From contig NC_043005.1 in NCBI RefSeq assembly GCF_006345805.1, positions 29,326,001-29,390,000 on the forward strand: 64,000 nucleotides of DNA. The letters are read 5' to 3'. The DNA is from Octopus sinensis (Eukaryota). Both the position numbers and the translations under genes were made by a program. A model generated the notes under the pieces. That model was not told the origin of the DNA and did not search any database. It worked only from the letters and a program-made list of their open reading frames with translations. The stretch's first letter is position 1. Each line of letters begins with the position of its first letter. Of this stretch, positions 48,251 to 59,305 are shown in pieces.

Positions 48251-48719
48251 CTCCCTCAACCATTTGTATATTTGATTACTCACAGTTCCTTATGCACCAA
48301 TTATTAAGGCAAAGCCATTACAATTTTCATATTCGAAATTCTCGCAAGTTCAAATTTTATGTGATTGTATTTTTACTTCCGCCTTAACGAAGGCGGAGGT
48401 ATTGTTTTCAGTTTGTTTGTTTGTTGGTTTGTCCATGGACAAGATATTTCAAGAACCACTGGATGGATCCGGACGAAACTCCCATGGATGTTTGGCCTCG
48501 TGTCTGGTACAAACTGATTAGATTTTGGGATCGATCCGGTTCCGGACAAGGATTCTGGATAGTTTTTCCTGTATTTTTTTACTTAATTTTTGAGAGCGGT
48601 CGGGTTCATTTTTAGTATTCTCGTTTGTGAGAGCAGTCGAGTTTATTTCAGATATTCCCATTTAAAAAAAATCATCTTTGGTTAACCTTTGAGAAGACTT
48701 TTGGTGTTGCCTTGGCAGA

Positions 48720-49050
48720 GGTTTGCGCTCTCTGAGTAATCTTGTTTTTAATGTTTCGTCTTCTATCTTCACAATCCTAGAATCAAGCGGATATGATGGA
48801 CTAATCAGTAAACAAATCAGTTTTTCCTTGTCTATTATTGTTATTTTTGGTTTATTATTTTCTATATTCTTATCCGTTTCAATAGGAAAATCCCATAAAA
48901 TCCTGCATTTTTCCGACTCAAGTACTTTTTCTAGCCGGTGATTATACCAAATACTTCCAGCTTCAAACTCATTATACCAAGTGCTGCTAGCTTTATCATC
49001 ATCATCGTCGTCATCATCACCATCATCACCATCAACATCATCGCTGTCAC

Positions 49051-49089
<39 letters not shown>

Positions 49090-49109
49090 AAGCATCATCA
49101 TCATCATCG

Positions 49110-49154
<45 letters not shown>

Positions 49155-49354
49155 CCATCATCATCACCATCATCACCATCACCATCATAATCACCATCAC
49201 CATCATCATCACCATCACCATCACCATCACCATCACCATCATCACCATCACCATCACCATCATCATCACCATCACCATCACCATTATCACCATCACCATC
49301 ACCATCATCATCATCACCATCACCATCACCATCACCATCACCATCATCTTCATC

Positions 49355-49437
<83 letters not shown>

Positions 49438-50030
49438 TATTCTTTATCACAGGTTTTGTTGGAGTCTTTCATGCGTAGCGAGCTTACTATCATGCTATTC
49501 GTTCTTTTCAGCTATCTAAAACAGTTCTACTAGGTACTCTATTCCAATTTCCTTTATATTCTAAATATTGGCACTATCTTTACCTTCTTCATTTTCCATA
49601 GCTAGGCTAATTCGCACGTAAGTGGGTTGTATCTATCCATTTTTTTCACTTTCCTTCTTCATTATTCGTGGGTCAAAGGGGCACGCAACATCAACTATAT
49701 AGCATATGTGGTGCACCTTGTCCACCACCGTTAGTTCCAGTCTGTTATGCTCTAGCTCCTGATCTGTTTGAATTGGAAAATCTCAGAGGCTTTTGCCAGT
49801 ATCCAATTCCGCCACTCTTTGCGGTTTGTGCTCTTGCCTCTCTCTAGCTTCTACCTTTCGCACAGATTCCAATGTAGCTTGATCCTGCACTGCCAGTATA
49901 GTGCTCGCGGTCTCTTTTTTTGTAATGTTACTTTCATCAGCCAATCCCACATATTTTTTCCAGCAACTTCTGTTGTGGCTACATGAAATTGATTGTGTAG
50001 TTCCTTGTTGCGTAATTCTTCTTCTCTTAT
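48720..50030 (-). mobile_element. Decayed R4/Dong-type LINE fragment split by a 450-bp (GAT/GGT)n tract
   Basis: IREEELRNKELHNQFHVATTEVAGKNMWDWL…TILAVQDQA (~50030-49860) and WYNHRLEKVLESEKCRILWDFPIETDK.IENNKPKITIIDKE (~48960-48780) are homologous to the 59396 ORF. Confidence 0.75.
48993..49440. repeat. (CAT)n/(CACCAT)n trinucleotide-hexanucleotide array
   Basis: Direct reading. Source of the poly-D, poly-M and poly-I ORFs. Confidence 0.97.
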
Positions 50031-50037
50031 TATAATC

Positions 50038-50586
50038 ATTGAGTGAGAGAGCAGTGCATGCCATCAAAGTGACACTGGGGTAAAATATACGAAGCCCGAT
50101 ATACCCATCATGACTACCTGTCTGATAAGGGTACATCAGGCGCATGCATCACAACCATGTGTGCGCGACATGGTGATCTCATATCAAGATAAACAGCGCA
50201 TGACCTTGCAAATGGGACTCAGAATTTTCTTCAGGTCGGGTAACTCATCCCGCTCAAAAGGTCCTTGAATAAGGTTTATTTAAGGATGATGAACGAAGCA
50301 CCCATGTTTCCAAGGGTGAATTATCCAATCCCCAAAGAATTCCTCTCAACGCATGGTTATGATGCTCCCCAACTACTTCTGCTCGTGATCAGAGATGCAC
50401 ATATCATCAGCCACTAAGGGACATGCTCAACTGGTTAAGGTCAAGCAACTGACAAGCAAATCTGTGGTATTGAGCAGAATATTTGCTGTAGCCCATCTTT
50501 TATACCAAGACAAAACAATGTACATGGTGACACTTCAAATAAGTTAAGATCAGAAGCCATGAGAGCCACTGTCTAGTACTGCATCA
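50038..50586 (-). mobile_element. ~550-bp non-coding retro-element (copy 1) ending …GCTCTCTCACTCAAT
   Basis: Highly similar to 57908-58380. Same right end on the minus strand, flanked by triplet repeats. Confidence 0.75.
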
Positions 50587-50638
50587 ATTCTTCTTCTTCT
50601 TCTTCTTCTTCTTCTTCTTCTTCTTCTTCTTCTTCTTC

Positions 50639-50706
<68 letters not shown>

Positions 50707-50711
50707 TTTTT

Positions 50712-51035
50712 AACTCAGAACGTAGCAGCAGACGAAATACCGCTAAGCATTTCGCCTGGCGTGCTAACGATTCTGCCAGCTCGCCGCCTTAAACCTATTT
50801 CTTTACTACCCACAAGGGGCTGAACACAGAGGGGACAAACAAGCACAGACAAACGGATCAAGTCGATTATATCGACCCCAGTGCGATTATATCGACTGGT
50901 ACTTATTTAATCGACCCCGAAAGGATGAAAGGCGAAGTCGACCTCGGCAGAAATTGAACTCAGAGCGTAACAGCAGACGAAATACCGCTCGGCATTTCGC
51001 CCAGCGTGCTAACGATTCAGCCAACTCACCGCCTT
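50712..51035 (-). mobile_element. SINE family B head-to-tail dimer
   Basis: A full unit ending AAAGAAATAGGT is joined to a second head TAAGGCGGCGAGCTGGCAG. Confidence 0.85.
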
Positions 51036-51234
51036 AATGATAATGATAATAATAATAATGATGATGATGATGATTATAATAATAAATGTTTTAATTTTGG
51101 CACGAGGGCCTGAAATTTTGAAAGAATAGTAAGAATTGTTACTTACGTATGAATATCTACCGTGATTTATTTTTCTAAGATGAAAAGTCTGTAAATCATA
51201 TTCAATGGATAAGGAACACACTTTTCCTAAATGT

Positions 51235-51545
51235 TATACCCCATACCCCACCACCAATAACACCAACGCTACCCTCGCTTCCGCCGCCGCCAAAACGACG
51301 ACCACTACCACCGCCATCACCGATTGTGCGACAACTGCCACCGCCACTATCTCCACGATCACCGCCGCTGCCACCACCACCACCACCACCACCATCATAC
51401 CAGCATCATCTTCATCATCTTCATCGTCTTCACAACAACAGTGGTAACGGCATCATCAGCAACAATAACACCACTATGACGACCACTACTACCACTAACA
51501 ACAACAACAACAACAACAACAACAACTGCTACAAAGACGATGTTG
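51235..51545. repeat. Compound (CAC)/(CAT)/(CAA)n low-complexity tract
   Basis: Direct reading. Confidence 0.85.
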
Positions 51546-51705
51546 ACGTCATCAGTGATGGTCGCAAGTGATAAGATACATAAACATAGCAACAACGTGT
51601 CCTTAGTTACACAGGGTCTAGCTTCACACAGTAACGCCATCTGGTGTTGCAGACACATATATCTCGCTGTTGACTACTGAAGTGTATAGGACGGACGGAA
51701 CGGGG

Positions 51706-51986
51706 ATGTGTATGTATGTATGTATGTATGTATGTATGTATGTATGTATGTATGTATGTATGTATGTATGTATGTGTGCATGTATGTATGTGTGTGTGTG
51801 TGCATGCATGTATGTGTGTTTGTTTGTATGTGTGTATGTGTGTGTGTATGTATGTGTTTGTGTGTGCATGTATGTATGTGTGTATGTGTGTGTATGTATG
51901 TATGTGTTTGTGTGTGCATGTATTTATGTATGTGTGTATGTGTGTGCATGTATGTGTGTATGTATGTGTGTGTATGTATGTTTGTG

Positions 51987-52017
<31 letters not shown>

Positions 52018-52155
52018 GTATGTATGTGTGTATGTATTCATCCATGTATGTATGCCTGTATGTGTGTATGTTATGTATGTATGTCTGTGTATGTATGCAT
52101 GCACCTATGTCCTTATGTATGTTATGTATGTGTGTATGTGTGTGCGTGTGTGTGT
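51706..52155. repeat. (TATG)n/(TG)n compound microsatellite
   Basis: Direct reading. Confidence 0.97.
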
Positions 52156-52272
52156 CTTCGTTTATTTAAGATGTGTTAAATTTTTTCCCTTGCAGAATTC
52201 AAGGCGGTCACCAAGAGACAAAGCGCCTTTGTTTAAACCAAGACAGCTCTTGGGGTTTGGAGATATGTGAAA

Positions 52273-52303
<31 letters not shown>

Positions 52304-52435
52304 GATATATTTACTCTTGTGTAATAGTTGTGGATGTCACTTTGATAAACGTGTGGGCTTTCTTGTTGTTTATGTATGTCTATGTGTGAAGGCGCCGTGG
52401 CTCACTGGTTAGTGTTACGCTCACGATCGTAAGAC

Positions 52436-52662
52436 CTATTTCTTTATTACCCACAAGGGGCTAAACATAGAGGGGACAAACAAGGACAGACATAGGTATT
52501 AAGTCGATTACATCGACCCCAGTGTGTAACTGGTACTTAATTTATCGACCCCGAAAGGATGAAAGGCAAAGTCAACCTCGGCGGAATTTGAACTCACAAC
52601 GTAACGACAAACGAAATACCGTTAAGCATTTCGCCCGGCGTGCTAACGTTTCTGCCAGCTCA
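52436..52662 (-). mobile_element. SINE family B, near full
   Basis: Head GAGCTGGCAGAAACGTTAGCACGCCGGGCG to 3' end AAAGAAATAGG. Confidence 0.88.
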
Positions 52663-53454
52663 GACCGTTACTTCGATGCCCAGATGGGGCGGTGCGATGT
52701 GTTCTCGAGGAAAACCCTTCGTTTCACATCGCTTTGCCTTCACTTCAACAATTGACATGTGGCACTCCGTGCACCAATAACTAGCAATACCGATTTCAGG
52801 GACCAAGTGAGTTTGTGTGAAGCATAAACATTTGAACACTATAAAGAAATCCTTTGAGCAGCTTGTTCGGCAACAAGTTGCGGCTCCCTCATCAGTCGTT
52901 TACGACAACAGAGTACACCATGTGCATAACACACATGTATATGTAATAGTATGCATGTATTGGCATGCATGTGTTAGTATGTATGTGTTCTTCAAATGGA
53001 GAATTCCTAGAATATTTCACAAATTTTGTCTGAACCACAAATTGACTTCATTTGGAGAACAGGAACCTTGCTCAGTTCTTGTTTGGCGAACTCCAACATT
53101 TCTAAGTTTTTATACAGATCTGTTGTCATGTAACTCAGTGCATTGTGGCAATAGGGCGTAACGAAAATCTGTAGCATTGGATATTTGAGCCATAAGTTTC
53201 TCATCAGTCCCCTATAGATGTTCTTTTCTCCAGCTTTTGACGACGTATTCACTTCCACAATACATCTCTGCAACAATACGTGACTTTTGCTCCCCGTGCC
53301 TTAAAACAAGGTCTGATACATCGTGCTTAATTCGGAGTGGGATTTTTGTTGGTTTCCCCACAGTATTCTCAATTTTCAAAGGTATATTTTAGCCCTGGGG
53401 TGCCTTTGTTATGATCATCAGGTCATTTGTTCATACGTATACCAATATCGGAGG

Positions 53455-53845
53455 AAGGGGGGGGGGCTAAACATAGAGGGGACAAAAAAGGACAAAGGGA
53501 TCAAGTCGATTGCATCGACCTCAGTGCGTAACCGGTACTTATTTAATCGATCCCGAAAGGATGAAAGGCAAAGTCAGCTTCGGCGGAATTTAAACTAACG
53601 GTAGACGAAATACCTATTTCTTTACTACCCACAAAGGGCTAAACACAGAGGGACAAAGAAGGACAGATAAACGGATTAAATCGATTACATCGACTCCAGT
53701 GCGTAACTGGTAGTTATTTAATCGACCCCAAAAGAATGAAAGGCAAAGTCGACCTTGGCGGAATTTGAACTCAGAACGTAGCGACAGACGAAATACCGCT
53801 AAGCATTTCGCCCGGCGTGCGAACGATTCTGCCAGCTCACCACCC
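53455..53845 (-). mobile_element. SINE family B head-to-tail dimer (second unit 5'-truncated)
   Basis: Junction AAAGAAATA|GGTATTTCGTCT at ~53614. Confidence 0.85.
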
Positions 53846-54837
53846 TCATTTTCAAGTATTTACCGAGGCCCAAGTTTCAAGTATTTATCAGCAGACCACA
53901 TAGGGATAGGTTAAGTCACCAAGATGTTTCCAAAACTGTGTTTTGGAATAAATGACGATTTTGTGGAGGCACTCACAGGAGCCTTGTAGAGGTGTTTGAA
54001 GAAACTTACTAAGACCAATCATAATTATGTTACTAACCTTATCGTATAAAGGAACAGGTACACGGTAGTAGTTGGACAATATAGCTTTTATATTCACGAC
54101 ACTGGAATCAGGAAGAAGAATGGTGGCTTCTCATTTATTTCGGCCTGTTCCATCTACGTGGATGATGGTAACGTTCCTGACTTTTAGCTCGGCATCCATA
54201 TTGAAATCGTTTAGCTGGGCCTTATTTAGGATGACGGAAAGGATACACTAACTCAGTTCGACATTTTAACTCACTACTTTTAGAAACTTCCATTTTTGTG
54301 TGTCGATGAATTGGATGGTTATTGCCTTTCGCATTTAATAGGAATGTCGAAACTAGCGTGGTTAATTGCCTTTGCTGTTCCAATTGAATTATGCAATTTG
54401 TTGCTTAGCGGCAATTACTGGGCGTAATTGACTGTAGTGGGTCATGTCTTGATTGGTGATAACATTCGAAAAGTCGTAAGGAGAGGATTGCAATCAAACT
54501 GTTAAATTTGAAAAGTTCGGCCGGGTTCCATGCTTTTCCGGCAGGTTAGTAAAAATTGTTGTGCCTGTTCAATCTTGTTAGATGATATAGTTTCGTTATG
54601 ATTGTTTAGTTAAAGACATTTGTGGTCAGCAGCAGGAGTGGAGTCTATATTTGGCTTTTGCTTTTTTGTTTATTTGTGGTGTGGGTGAACTCAGAACAGC
54701 GAGAATACAAACGATAGCATATCTATTCATTCTTAATATGCTCTTGAAAGGTTCGGCGTCAGCAAATAATTTGTTTTCTGATTCCTTATAAGGAAGAACA
54801 CGCGTTCTTTTAAGATTCATCTGTCTGACGAGATAGT

Positions 54838-54886
54838 TTTGACTGAGGAGACACACAATGAGCTCGAAACACCTCGGTGCGTCATA
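54838..54886 (+). ncRNA. Degenerate hammerhead-like motif
   Basis: TGA-CTGAGGA-GAC…GCTC-GAAAC-ACC(TC)GGT-GCG-TCA. Core and stems I/III are recognisable, but the cleavage triplet reads GCG and stem II is imperfect. Confidence 0.35.
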
Positions 54887-56707
54887 ATCCCCACCCACCA
54901 TAACAGTGAGGGGATTATGTGTGTTCATAACACACATCACCTAAAGGGTGAAATTGTTCTCCGCCGACGAAAAAATACAACGATCAGGTATTCACGTTCG
55001 AATCTGCTAGAATATTTTAAGAAAGAATAGAGAGATTATTATTTTATTTATTTATTTTTATTTAGAACTTTTAAATGTAGTGCATTCTAAGTTTAGTCAT
55101 GTTCTGAAGGGGAAAGAATTCTGGCCGAGCTTCAATATTTGGGGTTGGAGACATAGATTCAATATTTAGTACAGTGGTGAGGATAATCTAGTTATGGGAA
55201 AATACAAATGAAGTCTACAGCATATAGGATGATATGAAAAAGGGCATCAGACTTTCAGGCGGCCACGACTAATTTACAAACGTCTTGTGCATGGGATCGG
55301 TAAAATTTTAGGAGTGGAGGAAATAACTTTTCTGTTTTTGCTTTTGAAGTAGCAGCAGAATTGTTCATCAACATACATGACATAGTTGCAGTAGTAGTAG
55401 TGGTAGTGGTATTGCTGGCGGTGGTAGTAGTAGTAATGGTGGTGGTAGTGCTGGTGGCTTGCTGTTGTATAAAGCCAATTCAAAAATGCCGAAGTCGGCT
55501 GGAGTAAAATGGAGTCGGATGGCGAAGCCAAAATAGCAACAGTTGCTTGTTGCTGGTTACGAGTGTGTTGTGGTAGCTTCCTGGTCTGTTGGTCCAGGGT
55601 CAGACGATTCCCTACAGTGGTTCAGTTCTATCAGTTTTTCGCAAGTTAGATCTATTACGAATATGGCTACTGCTTGTTAATGTTCTACAATGCGAGAGTG
55701 ACATTTTTTTTTTACCCAACTAATGAACTTTTACCACAACTATTACATAAGCGACTCCTCTTAGTTAAATGCTATGCAGAATCACGACAATTAGTATTAC
55801 GCAGCAAAATGTTTCTTCAGACCACCAAAACAAAAACTACGCTCATTATTATAATTGGTAGATTTGTTTTTCAGATATGGAGGCTTTATTAATAGCTTCC
55901 TTTTCCATATGATTTTCACAAAACAGAATGATTTCGTGATTAATTTTGCGTTCGATTTTCTCCGCAGTTCTAAAGAGAGTGAATCAGGCATTTCAGCAAT
56001 TTTAGTGCATATATTATCCGTTTCACAGCTGTTGTAATCGTATCAAACATTTATTAAGGCAGTTATTTGATTTTCTGACTAATAATGTGTCGAAGTGTTA
56101 TTGACCGTGTTTCGTAGACAGAGGACGACTACTTTAGATACGCGTAATTAATTCGTCAGTTGATTTTATTTTATTTTCATTTCCTTTCCTTTGTTGAGTG
56201 ACGTTTTTTTTTTTTACGGTTACATTGACCGTATGTTAAATTCACGACGTTGACAAGGTTAGGACAATCACCCAGGGATGTTATTGAGGGAATAACTACA
56301 GATTGGTACTCGTCATCGACATTTTGTTTCTTCACAACTTTCTGAAAAATGCTCATTTACAAAAAAAAAAAAAAAAATTTTGCAGCGACACATTTTCGAT
56401 AGTGCAGATGATAAAAACGTTGAAGCTAACCTGGGGTAGAAAAAGCATAGCACTGAAGTGGTCGCCAATGGCAACCAAAGTATTTGGATAAACATAACTG
56501 ATTGATTAACTGGATGATTTATCAAATAATCAATCCATCGGTTTGTTAATTGACTGAACTGTTAATCATTTGTAAAGAAGGGAATTAGAACCAGCGCATC
56601 TGTTTATCATTGGCATAATGACCCTCTCGAGATACAACAAAATATGTTTATAAAATTTAGAGAAAATATTTTTATTCGTATGTATATATATATATATATA
56701 CATATAT

Positions 56708-56830
56708 ATACCTTAAATCCTCGAATATAAGCCCGCCCTTGAGTATAATACGCAGGGGATTTTTAGGGGGTTGTACCTCTGAAAAACCTAAACCTTGTGT
56801 ATAGTACGCACCCCTTCTCTAACGTGAGTC
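56708..56830 (+). mobile_element. pogo/Tigger-like left terminus
   Basis: TACCTTAAATCCTCGAATATAAGCCCG after a TA tract, followed by repeated subterminal motifs (GAGTATAATACGCA, GTGTATAGTACGCA). No partner TIR or ORF identified. Confidence 0.4.
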
Positions 56831-57166
56831 GTGCGTAATTAAGCCAGCAGCACTTAATCGAACAAACATTTCTGCGCATGTGTAAATACGATAATGGTGA
56901 TGTTCTTAACAGTTATATGGGAATGTAAATATGCTTGCAAATTGTTTTTGCTACATGTTATTCTGCGTTCTGAATACTTTTATTTTAATAAATGTTGCTT
57001 ACTGCAAGTTATGGATGATTCTTTTATGACTTCATTGATTTCAGGCTTAGCTTAAGGTATTTTCGCGCCCGACATCAGAAAATGCGTCTGAATAAACATT
57101 GCCGGACAGCAAATAGAGACTCGGACATTGCTTACAAAAATGTTTTTTTAACCTTGTATATAGTAC

Positions 57167-57253
<87 letters not shown>

Positions 57254-57507
57254 AATATATGTATAGAGTGTTAGGTGTGGTGTACAGAAATTGAATACTG
57301 AGAAAAAATGTCAGAATTTGGGAAAAAAATCATATTATTTCTTCATCATTATCAGCGCTTTCGTTCGTTTCTCGAACTTGTCAAGTAAAATTTTGTGAAT
57401 GTACAAACAGCTGCTTTTTTCGGGGGTTTATTTAGAAGAGAACATTGATTTTTTGTTGGTGGGGTGAGGTTCCATGACAATGGAGATACATAGAAATACA
57501 GGCAGGT

Positions 57508-57576
<69 letters not shown>

Positions 57577-57636
57577 TAAATAGTCAAACAGATAGAGAGA
57601 TAGACAGATGGATAGATAGTTAGACAGATAGATAGG

Positions 57637-57668
<32 letters not shown>

Positions 57669-57706
57669 TAAACACGCATACATACATACATACATACATA
57701 CATACA

Positions 57707-57786
57707 TACAAGGTGAGCCAAAAATCACTCACCAAAACATGACGTTTTATTTACATTACGTTATTATTACATTGTTGTTGTTGTTG

Positions 57787-57822
<36 letters not shown>

Positions 57823-57828
57823 ATTATT

Positions 57829-57903
<75 letters not shown>

Positions 57904-58378
57904 GTTATTGAGTGAGAGAGCAGTGCATGCCATCAAAGTGACACTGGGGTAAAATATACCCATCATGACTACCCGTATGATAAGGGTACACTAGGTACAT
58001 GCATCACAACCATATGTGCGCAACAAGGTGATCTTATATCAAGATAAACAGCACATGACCTTGCAGGTGGGGCCCAGTTTCTTCTGGTCGAGTAGCCCAT
58101 CCCGCTCAAAAAGTCCTTGAATAAGGGTTGTTTAAAGCTTTTGAACGAAATACCCATATTTCCAGAGGTGAATTATTCAAACCCCAAAGAATCCCTCTCA
58201 ACACATGGCTATGATGCTCCCCCGCTACTTCTGTTCGTGATCAGTGATGCCACTAAGGGACATGCTCAACTAGTTAAGGTGAAACAACCGACAAGCAAAT
58301 CAGTGGTATTGAGCAGAATATTTGCTGTAGCCCATCTTTTATACCAAGACAAAACAATGTACATGATAACACTTCCAA

Positions 58379-58439
<61 letters not shown>

Positions 58440-58570
58440 TTTTGTTCATCATGTGCAAGTACGTGTGTGTTCCTCGTGATTGTATTTATTTTATTGAATC
58501 TGAATCATGTCTTTGATGATTCAAGAGCGCATTGAGCTTATTTTGTGCGTTAAATTTGGTCCATCTTGTA
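57707..58570. mobile_element. Tc1-like non-autonomous shell containing nested insertions
   Basis: Left TACAAGGTGAGCCAAAAATCACTCACC versus right (reverse complement) TACAAGATGGACCAAATTTAACGCAC. Both ends abut (CATA)n. Confidence 0.5.
57908..58380 (-). mobile_element. ~550-bp element family, copy 2 (5'-truncated, internal deletions), in (ATT)n
   Basis: Homologous to 50038-50586. Long (ATT)n on both sides. Confidence 0.75.
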
Positions 58571-58811
58571 TGTATGTATGTATGTATGTATGTATGTATG
58601 TATGTATGTATGTATGTATGTATGTATGTATGTATATATGTATGTATGTATGAATGTATGTATACACAGACACATAGACAGACCGAAAGACACACACACA
58701 CACGCGCGCGTATATGACCAGAAGAAAGTTTATTGTTTAACAACTACTCCAATACCGTAAGATTCCTCCCTGCCTCCAGCAAATTAAAAATCAAAATATA
58801 GTTAATAATAA

Positions 58812-59190
58812 TGGTTTCAAGTTTCGGCACTGGGCCAGCAGTTTTTGAGGGGAGGGGCCTGTTACCTGCATCAACCTCAGTTCTTATCTTATCGAACCTT
58901 GAAAAGATGAAAGACATAGTCAACCTCGCAGGAATTTGAGCTCAGAACGTGAAACCGGAAGCATTTTATTTTGAAAGTTAACAATTCTGCCAGCTCAACA
59001 AATCTTTAATAATATTAAAAATTCTTTCTAAATTTGGCACAAGGCCCGCAAATTTAGTGAGAGGGTGAAGTCGATTACATCGACTGCTACTTATTTTATC
59101 GACCTGGAGAAGCCACGTCGACCTCAGCGAAATTTGAACACAGAATGTAAAGTGTCGGAAGATGCAATCCTACCAGCTCGCCTCCTTTAC
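58812..59190 (-). mobile_element. Two adjacent decayed SINE family B copies
   Basis: Two reverse-complement cores (…GTCAACCTC…GAATTTGA.CTCAGAA…CCAGCTC). Confidence 0.7.
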
Positions 59191-59260
59191 TGCCTACGTA
59201 ATAATAATAGTAGTAGTAGTAGTAGTAGTAGTAGTAATAATGATAATAATAATAATAATA

Positions 59261-59300
<40 letters not shown>

Positions 59301-59305
<5 letters not shown>

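Noticed and set aside
48662-49519. Long poly-Asp, poly-Met and poly-Ile ORFs (262, 168, 193 aa)
   Set aside because: Translations of a (CAT)/(CACCAT)n array. Only the non-repetitive end of the 262-aa ORF is meaningful, and it is R4-type LINE debris.
50225-50245. CTGAAGA on the minus strand of the 550-bp element as another hammerhead
   Set aside because: No stem II-GAAA follows, so the topology cannot be completed.
51607-52270. Many overlapping HTYI/MYVC ORFs (also at 6.4-7.1, 17.4-18.1, 42.3, 57-58.7 and 63.6 kb)
   Set aside because: Stop-free by construction in (TATG)n/(TA)n/(CA)n repeats. No coding signal.
53007-53276. 89-aa minus-strand ORF (…MRNLWLKYPML…)
   Set aside because: No family recognised. 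The length is unremarkable, and a weak resemblance to transposase C-termini could not be substantiated.
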